Source: Paramecium tetraurelia (taxonomy: Eukaryota). From it: a stretch of DNA of 64,000 bases. The notes under the pieces are model-generated. The model worked only from the letters and a program-made list of their open reading frames with translations. It did no database searches and was not told the DNA's origin. The position numbers and the translations under genes were made by a program. Positions within the stretch are counted from its first letter, which is position 1, and each line of letters begins with the position of its first letter. Shown one piece after another: positions 38,788 to 52,595 of this stretch. The DNA is taken from positions 372,001 to 436,000 of the forward strand of contig CT868130.1 of NCBI GenBank assembly GCA_000165425.1, given 5' to 3'.

Positions 38788-40620
38788 TCATTTTTTCTTC
38801 TTAATTTTTCTATCACTTAATGAACCCAATAGCATCCACATATTTTCATCATTAGGGTAGCCAACAACTGGATAGTCAGAATGTTACTCTTCCTTTATTT
38901 AAGGTAATTAATCTGCAAATATGAGATATCAATAATACAGATCTATGGCAGTGATTGTTTTAGAGGATTTTATGGAGGGAATAAGACATCAAGAGTTAAC
39001 TTGAATCCATCATCTAACATTCTTGGTATATACATCTTTAGCAATGGACTTGATTCCTCTATGCAAGGATTAGTATTAACTTCTATTAACCATACCTCAA
39101 GATCGGCATCTAAAATAAAATCAAATCCGAATATCTCAAAGCAGTATTTCCTGTCTTCAAAGTTTATCTTATTCTTTACAGAATTAAAGACCATCCATAT
39201 CCTCTCTTTCATTTTATTAATTAACTAAAATATATTTGATTATATACATCTTAAACGTTGCATTTAATATTTTATGAATTTAAATAATCCTGATAATTCT
39301 TAAAAGACAATTGATTTCCATCCTCAAATTAACCATAATTCTGGGAGTATTTCTGAATAGCATTATTTGTCAAATGAACAAATGTATTTTCTATGTTGTA
39401 TGTGAAATCTTCAGATGAAGTTCTAATATACCCTTCTGCAAAGAAATATGCATCTAAATCATGAGTTACCAAACCCCACACTCTTATATCAAATTTTCTC
39501 TTATTAATCAATGCAGGGCGTTCTATGTATTTCTGAATAACAAAAGAATGTGATTTTATTATACATTGTCCTGCTGGCTATTATTTGATATTTTGATTAG
39601 CATCTTTCTTTGTAATTTAGGCACTCTGAACTTATTTTGGGATATCCTCATCTCCTGATGATTCATCTTTTTAATTTAATGCTTTCTCTTTTAATCCCTC
39701 TTAAAACTCGAGATACCAACTTAACTAAAGTCTCTAGATTATCAAAAATTTAGATTCCTCTTCCTCTATTTAAAAATGTTGGTTTCAATAGCCACATATA
39801 TGTAGATTCCTCTGCTAAGAAAGTGTTGTTCAATTATATTTTGGCGAATTATGAGGCAGGTTCTCTTTAATATGAATTACAAAAGTTTCCTCTTAATCTT
39901 CTTTTTACATCTAACATCTATTTTGATGTAGGCTTTTTAGGGGCAAATTACTCATAGGTCTTAAGAAACTGTGCTATATTGTAATCGCAATTCTCATCAC
40001 TAAAGTCAATGACAAATGTTAATGGAGTATAATCAAATACATTTAACTTATGTTTCTATTGTATATCTTTAATAACTTTTACATCGCAATATATAGACAG
40101 ATTTTTAATTAGATAGGATTTATTTGATATTTCTTTATGATGTTCGAAATGATTAACAAGTTACTTATAATTTTAACTTAAAATAAGTCTTTCATATCTA
40201 TAACCTCTTTCGCTTTGTTACCACTTAAAATTTACGAGCATCGAGCTTGAGTCATTTGTCTCTTTCCATTATAATCTTTTTGCCATAATTCTTTTCACTA
40301 AGGCCTCATTGTTACCCCATCCAATAAAATACTTGTTACTACATTACAAATACTTTTAAACTAAAATCTTGAGAAGCTGGCTTAAATTGATTCCGGTTTT
40401 TTGAGAAACTAATTGATTTTGGGTTCAACTTTCTTGTAACATTTGGTAATTACTCAGATCTTTGAGCTAATTTCTCTTTGGTTTTGCTTTTCTTATGTTG
40501 CAACTAATATTATGTAAATTGAGGTTTTATTTGAGGACTCTAAGACTTGCACTTAGTTTCGGTTTTGTTTCTTGGCCTTCTGCTATCCAAATTAATTGTT
40601 GATTCTTCAGACAAATTCAT
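38788..40620 (-). CDS. Tubulin-tyrosine-ligase-like (TTLL) enzyme, probably glycylase type
   Basis: YFIGWGNNEALV, LVNHFEHHKEISNK, WLLKPTFLNRGRGI, IQKYIERP.LINKRKFDIRVW, HLTNNAIQK, FEIFGFDFILD..VWLIEVNTNP. Confidence 0.93.
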
Positions 40621-40944
40621 TATTAATATATTAATGAAAAAACTAAAAATGTCATGATTATTTAATTCAAGACTATTCTAAAATTTTATCAATGTATATT
40701 GAGTTATTAAAAAATCCATTTTTATTTATTTGGCTCAATTATTTTCGACTTCTCTTATTGATTAAGTCAATATATATTTTTATTACTTTTATCATAATAT
40801 ACAGATAATAATAATAAAGATTATTAATGGAAATTACTTTAAAAATTACATTAATAAATAGAAAATATTGTTTAAAATGACTCTCTTGGTTTCTGCTTTA
40901 GGTTCTATAATTTCGAATTATTTATCAACTATTCATTAATTTAT

Positions 40945-41700
40945 ATGCTTTTTAATAAAAGAATCTGGAAAAAATTAATTTATCCAACTCCCCGATACTA
41001 TTTTTTCCAGCCACCGTTATTTGATGCTAATAAGGATTATTATAAAGTACTGAATTGCACTTAAACTGCTTCAGAACAAACACTAAAATAAGAATATTAT
41101 AAATTAGCTAAATAATATCATCCAGATATCAACAAAGGCAATGAAGAAAAATTCAAACAAATAACAGAAGCTTGGGATGTATATTTCTAATATGTAGATA
41201 GGTTTTATCAGATAAACATAGAAAATAATAGTATGATGCTGCAAGAACATATAATACAGATTTCATTAAACACACTTCGAATTCTTATGGTTACAATCAA
41301 TCTAATTAGCAACACTCTTCCAGAAGTTTAAAATTATTACATTATTAAAGGCAATGCCAATCATTAGTAATTTTCCAAAGAGCAGATGGAACAAATGTAA
41401 AAATAGGCTGAAGAAATTATGAAAATGTTTTAAAGTGGCCAATTCAACTAATTTTCTTAAGCATTCAAACAAGCAACTAAAAATGACCCAAAATTCAAAA
41501 ATGTTCACACCTTTATCAATCTTGCTGAAAAAGCAGAGGAGTATTTTAAAGAGAGATAAAAAACTCATTTAGAAAATGAAATTAAAAAAGAGTAAAATTT
41601 TTCAAATTTTGCGAACAAAGAAGACAAACTGAAATAATCTGTGAATAACATTGCATAAGGAATGAAAAGTATTTGGAATAAGATTTAAAAAAATAAATGA
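40945..41700 (+). CDS. DnaJ-domain co-chaperone, possible mitochondrial presequence
   Basis: MLFNKRIWKKLIYPTPRYYF, then KDYYKVL...[30 protein letters not shown]. Confidence 0.88.
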
Positions 41701-41720
41701 CTATATTAATTAATTAATTT

Positions 41721-42499
41721 ATGAGAGAAGATATCTAAATACATTCGGTAGACTGTTCTGAATATATGTGTGTGATATGTCTTCAGGTTTTCTATAAGCC
41801 AATAATAACATAGTGTGGGTATAAGATCATTTTTAACGTAGGCATAATTTTTGTGGCAAATGTATCAGTGAATGGATGCAGAAAAAAAAGCAATGCCCTT
41901 ATTGCAGAAAAGAGTACTAGAACTACAACTTTTACTAAAAGGATGAAGTCATGACTTTAAAATTAGAACACTTAGAGGTCTCTTGTTTAAAATGCGATAA
42001 ATGGTTTGGACAATTAAAAGATTTAAAAAGTCATCGCTAATCTCAATGCACATCACCAAAGCAGACAGACTAATTGCATGAAACCTTAGTTATTCAAGAC
42101 GATCCTGAGGACCTTGTTTAAACAATTTTCAACGAAATTAATTCAATTAAAAAGTAATAGAATTATAATTCACTTTTGAACATTGAAAATGAGTATATGG
42201 AATTACTGAAAGTTCATCCTAACGATTAGATGATAAGAAAAAAAATAAAGATTGATTATAATGACGATTAAATACAAGAACAGCCTGATGTTTTAGAATT
42301 AGAGCAAGAAGAAATTTGCATTTTCAAACACTCATAAAAATATATATTAAAGCAATGTAAGAAAAGGCTTGAATGTCAAAATAAATTTCTTAAAGAGATA
42401 ATGGAAGGCTAATATAGAATAGAAACAAAAGAATTTTTTTATTAAGTTCTTGGCTATAGGAATTATATAGTGTCTCACCACTAATTCTAGTTGATTTGA
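41721..42499 (+). CDS. RING finger (C3HC4) protein
   Basis: CVICLQVFYKPIITQCG/intron/HNFCGKCISEWMQKKKQCPYC, followed by a second C..C...H...C cluster. Confidence 0.85.
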
Positions 42500-43666
42500 T
42501 AATAAGTTAAAGATTATATTGTAATTTAAATTAATGCATGAATATCTTATTTGAATTCCATAAGTAATTCGAAATTATTTATTGTAATAAAGACAATAAA
42601 TAATTTTAGATGAAGATTAAATTTCTGGTTAACAAAAAAAATAAGTTTACATTGTTATACTATGAATAAATTAGGGGCTCCTATTTAGAAGGTGTGGCTT
42701 ACTTTTTATGATTAGAAATACTAAATTTTATTATATTTTTATGACAACTTTAATATAAAAATTATTTCACAAATGTTGCTTTTAATTTCAAAAGATGGGA
42801 TAAATATTTTGTTTGTCAAAAATATTACAAAAAGAGGTTGATATATCCTATTTTCATAATAAGATAATGAATTAGATTAGAATTTTATTTTAATAAAAAT
42901 GTTGTATGCAAATTCTAACAAAATTTAGAGTAAGTGAAACTATTAAATTGAAATCTGTTAACTACAAGAGGGATTAATAATATATTTTTAAGTTTCAAAA
43001 GATATGGGATTAAGAGTTTTGATAAAAAAAGTGAATAAAGCATATTTATATTTAAGCTAAATTTATTAAAAAAAATGTAATAAATATATTAAAAGAAAGA
43101 TATTTTTTAATTAATTAATTCAATCTATATTATCTTTATCTATTAATTTATTGAATTTCTTAGAAAATATAAATGATATATAAAATCTTTCTAAGGAGGT
43201 AAATATAATTCCTTTTAGAATTTGATTTAATACCTGTTTCTATAATTTTCAAGTTGTTTAAAAAGAATCAATTATATTAGTTAGCGGAGCGTAATTATTC
43301 GGTATAAGTTTTACGAGATCATAATAAATCATCTACCTAAACTTAATCTCTACTTATAGAGGGATTAATTAATTAATAATATCAATATCATTGATTTATT
43401 AAGGATTTTTTCTTAATAAAATATAAGATTTATCTAATCACCTTTGAATCTTTGAAATAATGGAAGTGATAATAGCTTCTGAAATAGCAATAATAATTAA
43501 AAATACTAAATACTTAATTTTGTATGTTAAAACAAAACAGATTTTGATTTGATTCGGCACATAAAATTATGGTACTAAACAGTGGATAGGATGCTTTTAA
43601 AAAGAATTGATTTCTGTTTTTTTATTAATTTTATTGTGGATTGTTATTTATAAAAAATTGATTTTA

Positions 43667-45118
43667 ATGGAGATTAAAATTTCTTCAAACACTTTTAAAT
43701 AATAAAAATCAAAACGTTAAAATTTTGAATAAGAAAAATCGTTATCGCAAGGTCCAAATAGCAGAGTTATGAGAATTGAACATTAAGGAATTAGAAAGTA
43801 ATTTGAATTAATATTTATGAAAGAACTCTTAAAAGAGTACCAAAGGATTAAACTCTAAATGAGATTAAGATACTGTAATAGTTGGATCATCCAAATATTT
43901 TGAAATTATATGAATTCTATGAAGACAATAATGAATACTGTCTGATTACTGATTATTGGGAGGGAGGAGATCTGTATGAATATCTATGCAAACATGATGA
44001 AATTGATGAATATGACATGGCTCAAATAATGAAGCAACTATTTTCTATTTTGCATTACATACATTCTAAAAAAATTGTTCATCGAGATATCAAAAGGTAA
44101 TAAATTTAAATTAATTTAAGTGAAAACATTTTAGTTGAAAAACAAGAAGATGGTTGTATTTTGATAAAAATGATTGATTGGGGAATGTATTAATAAGTAA
44201 ATATAAAATAGCGCAACTTAATTTTAAAATGGATCTAAATTATATACAACTGTGGGTACGCCATATTATATGGCACCAGAAGTATTTAAATAATGTTATG
44301 ATGAAAAATGTGATATATGGAGTAGTGGCATACTATTGTATGAGATAGTAACAGGAAATTTACCTTTTTATGCTCGATAGGCAGATGAAATTCAAAGAAA
44401 AATTTTAGATACTAAGCCGAATTTTGATTTACCTGTATTTTAAAAATGCTCTCCTGAACTTAATAATCTCGTTAGATTATTGCTTAATAAGGATCCAGAA
44501 AAACGACCTTCAGCTAAAGAATTGCTTGATCATGAATTTTTTTAATTGAAAAAAGAGAGAAAGGCTTCATAAGAATTCAATACTTGTTTTTAAGAGAGCG
44601 TAAGTAGATTAATCGAGTTTCGAGTTAAGAATAAATTGCAATAGGCTGTTCTTTCGTTTATGGGTTCATTCCAACAGACTCCAGAGGAAGAGAGATAATT
44701 AATTAGAATTTTCAATGAAATTGATGTAGATAGAGATGGGAAATTAACATGTGACGAATTGGCTATGGCTTTGCAAAAGATATATATGTATGATGAATTG
44801 CAGGCACAAATGTAAGCCAGTATTCTAATGGAATAAATTGATATAGATAACAATGGATTTTTGGAATATTCAGAATTTATTATGGCTTGTTCTTAGAGAA
44901 AAGTACTCCTCACAGAAAGTAATTTGAAAAATGCTTTTCAATAATTTGATTTAAATGGTGATGGAGTAATTAGTGTTTAAGAAATAAAAAAAGTGTTGGA
45001 AGGTAATGAAAGCATCACAGATGAGAAATGGCAAGAAGTTATATAGGAAGTAGATACTAATGGAGATGGCGAAGTGAGTTATGAGGAATTTTTAGTTATG
45101 ATGAAATAATTATTATGA
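43667..45118 (+). CDS. Calcium-dependent protein kinase with four EF-hands
   Basis: DHPNILKLYEFYED, HRDIKSEN, DWG, VGTPYYMAPE; EF loops DVDRDGKLTCDE, DIDNNGFLEYSE, DLNGDGVISVQE, DTNGDGEVSYEE; TGA 45116-45118. Confidence 0.92.
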
Positions 45119-46049
45119 ATTTTAATAAATTACTTTGGTCTGATGTAGAGAGAGTACCTTAGTTTACATCTAAGGTGGAATTGCTCAATGTGAAGTATGA
45201 TCAAGACTACGAGGAAATCATGGATTATTTCAGAGCCATTGTCAAATCAGAGGAAATTAGTGAAAGAGTCTTTGATTTAACAGGCATCATAATTCATAAG
45301 TTGCCATCAAATTATAATGCGTATTTCATACGAAGAAAATGTTTGAGATAATTGAAGTTAGATTTAAATAGAGAGATGGAATTTATAAATGAGGTTACAA
45401 TAGCGAATTAGAAGGTTTATTAAATTTGGTAAGATAACATTTTATGTTATTAAGGGAACATAGAAGATAGGTGATAGAGGAGCTGAATGATTTCAAAGGT
45501 GAGATTGAATTTCTCCACAAAATTTTTGATGAAGATAATAAAAATTATCATGGATGGTCCTATCGAGTTTGGTTGTGTGACAGATTCAAAATATATGATG
45601 CAGAACTAATAGATGTCTAATATTATTTGGATGAAGATATCGGTAATAATTCTGCTTGGAATTACAGGTATTTTTTATTGTCTAAAATGCCTCTTGATTT
45701 TAATGCAGAATTAGAATATATAAAGAATGCAATTAGATTGAAACAAGATAATGAAGCAGCATGGAACTATTTGAGAGGTTGGTTTAAAATGTTTAAATTC
45801 AAAAATGATTAGGAAAACCCTTATAAGACATACGTTCAATTCAATTTGAAAGATTTTAACTTGCTTGAATTTCTAAACGAGGTGGGATTAACCAATAGAT
45901 TTGCTTTAAGTCTAAAGATTCAATATCTATTATAAGATGGAAATTATAAAGATGCAATAGAAATATGTGAGAATCTTCAGAATTTAGATTTGATTCGAAT
46001 AAAATATTGGCAGTATATGAAGAACTAAATAATTGGATTGATTTAGTGA
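45115..46049 (+). CDS. FNTA: Protein farnesyltransferase/geranylgeranyltransferase type-1 alpha subunit
   Basis: WSDVERVPQ, YEEIMDYFRA, SERVFDLT, PSNYNAY, KVYQIW/EHRR, KNYHGWSYR, GNNSAWNYR, DNEAAWNYLRG, DLIRIKYW (PPTA repeats). Confidence 0.9.
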
Positions 46050-46125
46050 TTTGTTATAAAATCCTGCAATAATTCGAACATTATTTATCAAGTAGAATAA
46101 CGATGTAATATTTTTAAATGAAATA

Positions 46126-47488
46126 TCAACTCGTTAAGTTCACATTAATATTGGCCTCTTTAGCCAATCTCAGAATTGCTGCCATTCTAACAGCCTTCTT
46201 TGCAGCTTCATCTAAATCTTCTGTAAACATCATGTTAAATCCAGACTCCTCAATCAACTTCTTAGCCTCTTCAACCTTTGTTCCTTTCATTCTCAACACC
46301 ATCGGCTTTTTCATTCCCAATACAGTTAATCCTTTAAGTAAACCCAAAACGATTTGATCACACCTTGGAATAATGATGACTTAGATACCTTGCAATACCA
46401 GCAAAGATATTCACTAGGATGGCTTCAACATTGGGATCTTTATCCATGATCTTTAAGGCAGATACAATCTCCTGATCTGTAGCTTTACCTCCTACATCTA
46501 AGAAATTAGCAGGAGATCCTTCATACTGTTTGATTAAATCCATTGTAGCCATAGCTAATCCTGCTCCATTTACCATACATCCGATATTTCCATCTAAGGC
46601 TATATAATTAAGTCCATGTTTTTAAGCTTCTACTTCTTTCCAATCCTTCTATCTTACATCCTCCATATGGAATATTGCATGTTATCTAAATTACGAATTG
46701 TCATCGATATTTAATTTCTGATCACATATGATCAAATTGCCTTGTAAATCAATACCAAGTGGATTAATTTCTAATAGAGTTGCATCGGTTTACAAAAAGA
46801 TATCAAACATGTGTTTCAAAATCTTTATGAAATTAATAGATTTGTTACTTCAGTCATTTACTTTTGTTAAATTGGATTTAATTTGTACACCTTCGAAACG
46901 CTCTCGTAAATAGAGGAATCAATCTCTTCAACTGCATTTGGCATTTCGATCGAAAACTTCTTAATGTAATTTGGATCACTCTCCTCAATATGAATACCTC
47001 CTTTTTCCGATGCCACAATACCCAATCCTCCTGTGTTTCGGTCTAGTAGTATTGATAAATATAGCTCCTTCCTCAAAAAGTTACGTTCTACTACATAAAC
47101 CATCTCACATTTCTTCCCCAAACTCCCAGTTTACTTAGTAATCAATGTATTTCCTAGCATTTTAGATGCGTATTCTCTCACGTCCTCAGGAGTAGATGCT
47201 ATATGTATTCCCTATGTATATGTTCATCAATACACTATTAAATCCATTCTCCTTGAAGTATCCCTTGCCTCTACCTCCTGTATGCACTTGAGCCTTTACA
47301 ACTACATCTGTGAATGAATTCTTATCAGATCCTTCCTATATTATTCTAGCCGCTGCTTTGTATGCTTCGTCTGCAGTCTTACAGATCCTCCCAGGAGGTA
47401 TTGGTAATTGGAAGGATTTGAAAAATTCTGCTGTTTAATACTCATGAAGAGACAGAAGATATTTTGGAATTCGATGGAATCTAAACAT
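46126..47488 (-). CDS. Succinyl-CoA ligase beta subunit, mitochondrial
   Basis: [73 protein letters not shown]. Confidence 0.96.
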
Positions 47489-47519
47489 TAAAGATATGAA
47501 TTTATTATTATATAAATTA

Positions 47520-49576
47520 TCATTACCATAATCTGCTTTTCATATTATCTAATTAATCTATATCTTTGTTATTTTTATCTAATTTTTCTAAAATATTTTC
47601 TAATTATGGTAATGATCCAATAACATTTTCAATATCAAGGTTTCCTTAAAAATTTTTCATTTCTAAAAATTATCTTAAATGGACATTTTCACCAATGGCT
47701 GGCACTTTTATTAAATCTTACAAATATTATTATAAGTTTAAGCTCCTTAAGTTCGGACTAATTTATTATAATGCAGCCGTGGTCTTAAATGGTAATTATG
47801 GCAATTATTGATATCTAATTATATATATAATATGTACCTTTATTTCAACAAGTAATGTAATTCATCGAATTAACTAAATCTTTTCCATATTATGTGCTTC
47901 TAATCCCCAAAACTTATTTAAAATGAATATCTAAAGAACTTCTCTCCATCCTTGCCATGGAACTCCTCATAACCAATATTTTTTATGTATAATTTTACAA
48001 TTTATTCACTATCTGTTATGATTTATCTTTGCATATTCCTCACTAGATCTTCAATCTATTGTGGCATACCAATAAATCTAAATAACAACGATATATGGTA
48101 TTGCCTATCATTCAGAAGTAATTTCATAAATATTTCCAATTCTTGTTTCCTCTCCTCTATTTCCTCATTTGTTAATTTGATTAATGTTTTTTGAGGAAAT
48201 GGTGGAAAATTCTTAGTTTCTAATTGACTCTTCATTTGCTCACAAAACTCAAAAAATTCTTTGAACCTCTTTTACACAACAAAGGTTTCATTATCAAATT
48301 ACACTACAAGAGTATATTGTAAAAATGATTGATTATTACTTTTTATAGTTTAGTGTTCGGTGATATGCACTTACATATATGGTAAATATTCAGATTAGAC
48401 ATCCCATTTTTGTTTTCGAATAGGTTGGATCTATTTAATTGCTAATGAAGATTTCTGATTGCTTTGAATATTATTGATTTATTTTATTTCATCCACCAAG
48501 GCTTTCTCTTATTGTGATAACTCTATAAAATCCATAAACGATTATGTAATCAGGTCCAATTTGCTTATAATGGCATTTAAATATCTTTAAATGTTGTTGA
48601 TAAGTTGCAAGTCTTGGCTATCTTAAATTTATTTAACAAAGAAGTTGAGAGACAACAATTCATTTGGATGTTACTCAAAGTAATCAGCATTCTCATAGAT
48701 ATAAGATTGGTGCCATTCGAAAATCTCAGATACAGATTTCTTCAATTTAAATTGCTTATCTAACCCTACGATTTGACTTTGAAAATATATGGAATGATTT
48801 TTACATTTCTAATTTAACTTCGACATCATCATTAACAATGTTCCATCTCTTCTTCACATCAATTTGCAAAAAGAGGGAGCCCGAATTGGCTTAGGATAAT
48901 TGATAGCAAATACCATTCAAAGTAGAGAGTCTGGCCCTCCTTTCTGAATCTGATAGATCAATGTCTGGAAATTCGTTTCTCCAAAATCCCACACTTTCGA
49001 ATTCGCTAAGATCCTATCTTCGTAGGAAGAGGGTAAAAACCAAGAGCACGGTGTAATCGACAATCCTGAAGAGCGACAGACAATATTCATATATGTGTCC
49101 TTTCAGAGTAAGGTGCAGGGAGTTTACGTAATTAATGAGCAAAGCAAATGATACCAATAAGAAGAGCCAATTAAGAATCCAATAGATTTTGTGGGCAAAG
49201 AACAATGGGACTCGCTTCTTGTATTCGTAACACTAATATTGGTGAATGAATTAAATACCATCAAAAATATTTGCATAATGATTGCTGAGATGTTTACGAA
49301 TAAGACTCCAGACAAATAGTCCCGTTTAGTTTCAGAATAGAAGATAACCAATAAAATCTCGATGAATTCAGCAGCTCTTAGTATAAAAGAATTATTACTA
49401 ATGTCTAGAGTCAACAGTGAAATTCTGAGTATAATAGAATAATTATAGGGGAGAGGTTCGGCTCGTATATTGGAACGAAGATCATAAAAGCGAGCTCCCA
49501 TGGCTAGAATATAAAGGACGCTGATCGAAGCTGGAAGCAAATAACTAAAAGTAATTAAAGCTTCCTAATTAATCAT
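47520..49576 (-). CDS. Multi-pass membrane protein with tandem C-terminal PX domains
   Basis: MINQEALITFSYLLPASISVLYILAMGARF plus several further hydrophobic helices; PX motifs VQKRFKEFFEF..FPPFPQK..IEERKQELE and IWKRFSQFDELH..LPQLPFK..LQQYL. Confidence 0.75.
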
Positions 49577-49629
49577 TTAATAATAAATATTCTGTATAGC
49601 GCATATTTAAAAATTAAATTATCTAATTT

Positions 49630-51403
49630 ATGTTATCCACAGCCGCAGGTTTCCAATCCATGTTAAAAGAAGTATCATAAGTTGGTTGATATTCCTAAGG
49701 GAGCTCGTCATTATCAGGGATTAGAGGAGGCCATACTGAAAAACATCCAAGCATGCAAGGAAATCTCAAATATGACCAAAACCTCATTAGGTCCCAATGG
49801 AATGAAAAAGATGGTCGTCAATCATATAGACAAAATATTTGTAACAAGTGACGCAGCAACAATCCTTAAAGAGATGGAAATCTAACACCCTGCTGCTAAG
49901 ATGGTTCTTATGGCTGCAAAAATGTAAGAAACTGAATAAGGTGATGCAACCAACTTTGTGATCACATTGGCTGGTGAATTATTGTAATAAGCTGAAAGTT
50001 TGATTAAATTGGGATTGCATCCAAGGTAATACTCATTATCATTAATTAGCTAAATTGTGGTTGGTTATGAAACTGCCCTTAAAAGTGCATTAGATTTATT
50101 AGATCAACAAAAGGTTTGGGAAATCACAGATGTAGCTGATGAAACCTAGGTTCTTTAAGCTATTAGAACATCTTTGAGTAGTAAACTATCAGAGTAATAT
50201 TTAATTAATAATCTAAAGTTATTCCAATTTAATTGCTGGTTTGGTAGCTAAAGCATGTATAAGATGTTTACCAAAAGAAAAAACCAGTTTCGATTCAGAA
50301 TATGTCAGAGTCACAAAAATCTTAGGTGGATCAGTATTAGACAGTCATGTACTCTCAGGACTTATTGTAACTAGAAATGTAGAAGGATAAATTAACAGAT
50401 TGGATAATCCAAAGATTTGTGTATTCAATGCTCCATTGGATCCATAATCTCAGGAGACTAAAGGAACTGTTTTGATTAAAAATGCAACAGAATTAATGAA
50501 TTACACTAAAAGTGAAGAGGAATTAGCTGAGAAGATTGTTAAGAGTATTGCTGATGCAGGTGTCAATCTTATTGTTGCAGGAGGTAGCATTTCAGAATTA
50601 GTATTACATTTTGTTGAAAAATATAAAATGATGATTGTGAAAGTCTAATCTAAATTTGAATTAAAGAGATTATGCAAAGCCATAGGAGCTAGTGCATTAT
50701 CCAGATTATCAGCACCTATGCCAGATGAGTTAGGAACATGTGATAGAGTACATGTACAAGAGATTGGTAGTCAAAAAGTGACTATCTTTGAAAAACAAAG
50801 TGACACTTGTAAATTAGCAACAATAGTGTTGAGAGGAGCTACTCAAAATTTATTGGATGATATTGAAAGAGCTATTGATGATGGTGTTAGTTGTTATAGA
50901 TCACTCATTAAAGATGCAAGATTTGTTTATGGTGGTGGTGCAACAGAAATTGTAAAATACTTTTAATATCTCTTTAGAAATTAGCATAATTATTAGAATA
51001 AGAAGCAAATAAGATTAAATCAATTGACCAATATGCCTATAGACAATATGCTTAAGCCTTTGAAATCATCCCAAGAATTTTGATTGAAAATGCTGGTCTT
51101 GCTTAAAATGAAATGATGGCTTAAATGCATAAATTAAATTCTGAGAAGCCTCATTCACTTAACATTTCGGTATTATTAACAATCATAGTATTATAGACAG
51201 CTACATTATCACCATCCTAAGATTTGAAAGTGTTTGATCATCTTAAAACTAAATGGTGGGCTATCAAATTGGCAACTGATGCTGCTGTTACTATTTTGAG
51301 AGTAGATTAAGTAAATATCACCTATTAAAATTAGATTATCATCGCTAAACCTGCAGGAGGACCTAAAATGCCAGATAGAGGACATTGGGATGATTAAGAT
51401 TGA
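49630..51403 (+). CDS. CCT8: T-complex protein 1 subunit theta
   Basis: MLKE/intron 49672-49699/GARHYQGLEEAILKNIQAC, TSLGPNGMKKMVVNH, TSDAATIL, GDATN, ETKGTVLIKNA, LRVDQIIIAKPAGGP. Confidence 0.97.
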
Positions 51404-51539
51404 GTATGATTGTATTCATAGAATTATAAAATTGTTGTATTTGTTCCAGATAATTGTTTAATTAGAAATAGTATAATATGTATTTTAATTAATTATATGT
51501 CGTAATTATTGTGTAATTGATAAATTAATTTATTATTAA

Positions 51540-52340
51540 ATGAAAGTATTGGTTGCTGTCAAAAGAGTAGTAGATTCAGGAATTAAAGTTAGAGTCAAGC
51601 CAGATGGCATAGACCTTTAAGGTGTTAAGATGACAATTAATCCCTTCTGTGAAATAGCAGTAGAGGAAGCTGTCAGATTGAAGGAGAAGAAATTGATCGC
51701 TGAAATTGTTGCAGTCACCATTGGGCCAAAATAAGGAGCAGAGAGTTTAAGACATGCTCTTGCTTTGGGGGCTGATAAAGCCATTCATGTCACAACTGAG
51801 GCAAGAATTGATTAAGCTGTGTAGCCATTGGATGTAGCCAACATCTTAGCCAAATTAGTTGAAAGAGATAAGTAAATCAATATGTAATTTTAGTTATAAT
51901 CTTGTCTTAATGGGCAAATAATCAATAGACGATGATTTTAATTAAACTGGTTAAATGTTAGCTGGACTATTGGATTGGCCATAAGCAACATTTGCTTCCA
52001 ATATCTAAATTACCGATGGCATTGCTTAGGTGATCAGAGAAATTGATGGAGGATTATAGACTGTCAAATTCAAGTTACCTGGAGTGATAACATGTGATTT
52101 AAGACTCAATCAACCAAGATTCGCCAGTGTTCCAAATATCATGAAAGTAATTACTTTATATATTACATTCAGGCCAAATCAAAACCATTAGAAACTATCC
52201 CACTTGACAAATTGGGCAAATTGCATAATTCCATCCAAATCACTAAAACTGAGGCTCCTGCTATAAGAAAAGGAGGAGCTATTGTAGAAAATGTAGATGT
52301 GCTCATACAGAAATTAAGAAATGAAGCAAAATTATTTTGA
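51540..52340 (+). CDS. ETFB: Electron transfer flavoprotein beta subunit
   Basis: [63 protein letters not shown]. Confidence 0.96.
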
Positions 52341-52595
52341 TAATGTATAAATAAACAGAATTACATAACAAAATATAATCAATTATCTAAGAATCGAATA
52401 AACTTGTCCATTATATTAATCCTATAATTTATTGAAAATATTTGTTCAATTAAATACAGAACGAAATTTCAAAATAATAAATAGTCTATTGAATAAATTA
52501 AGAATTCTTTTGGAGAACAAGATTGGTTTCGATTTGTTAACAAAATCAATTTATTATAGTATTTTTATACAATTTTAATTAATAATTATAAAATC

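Noticed and set aside
42500..43660. 1.1-kb gap with a short open frame and a slightly GC-richer patch near 43280-43320
   Set aside because: No supportable product or RNA structure; could be a decayed gene but cannot be shown by eye.
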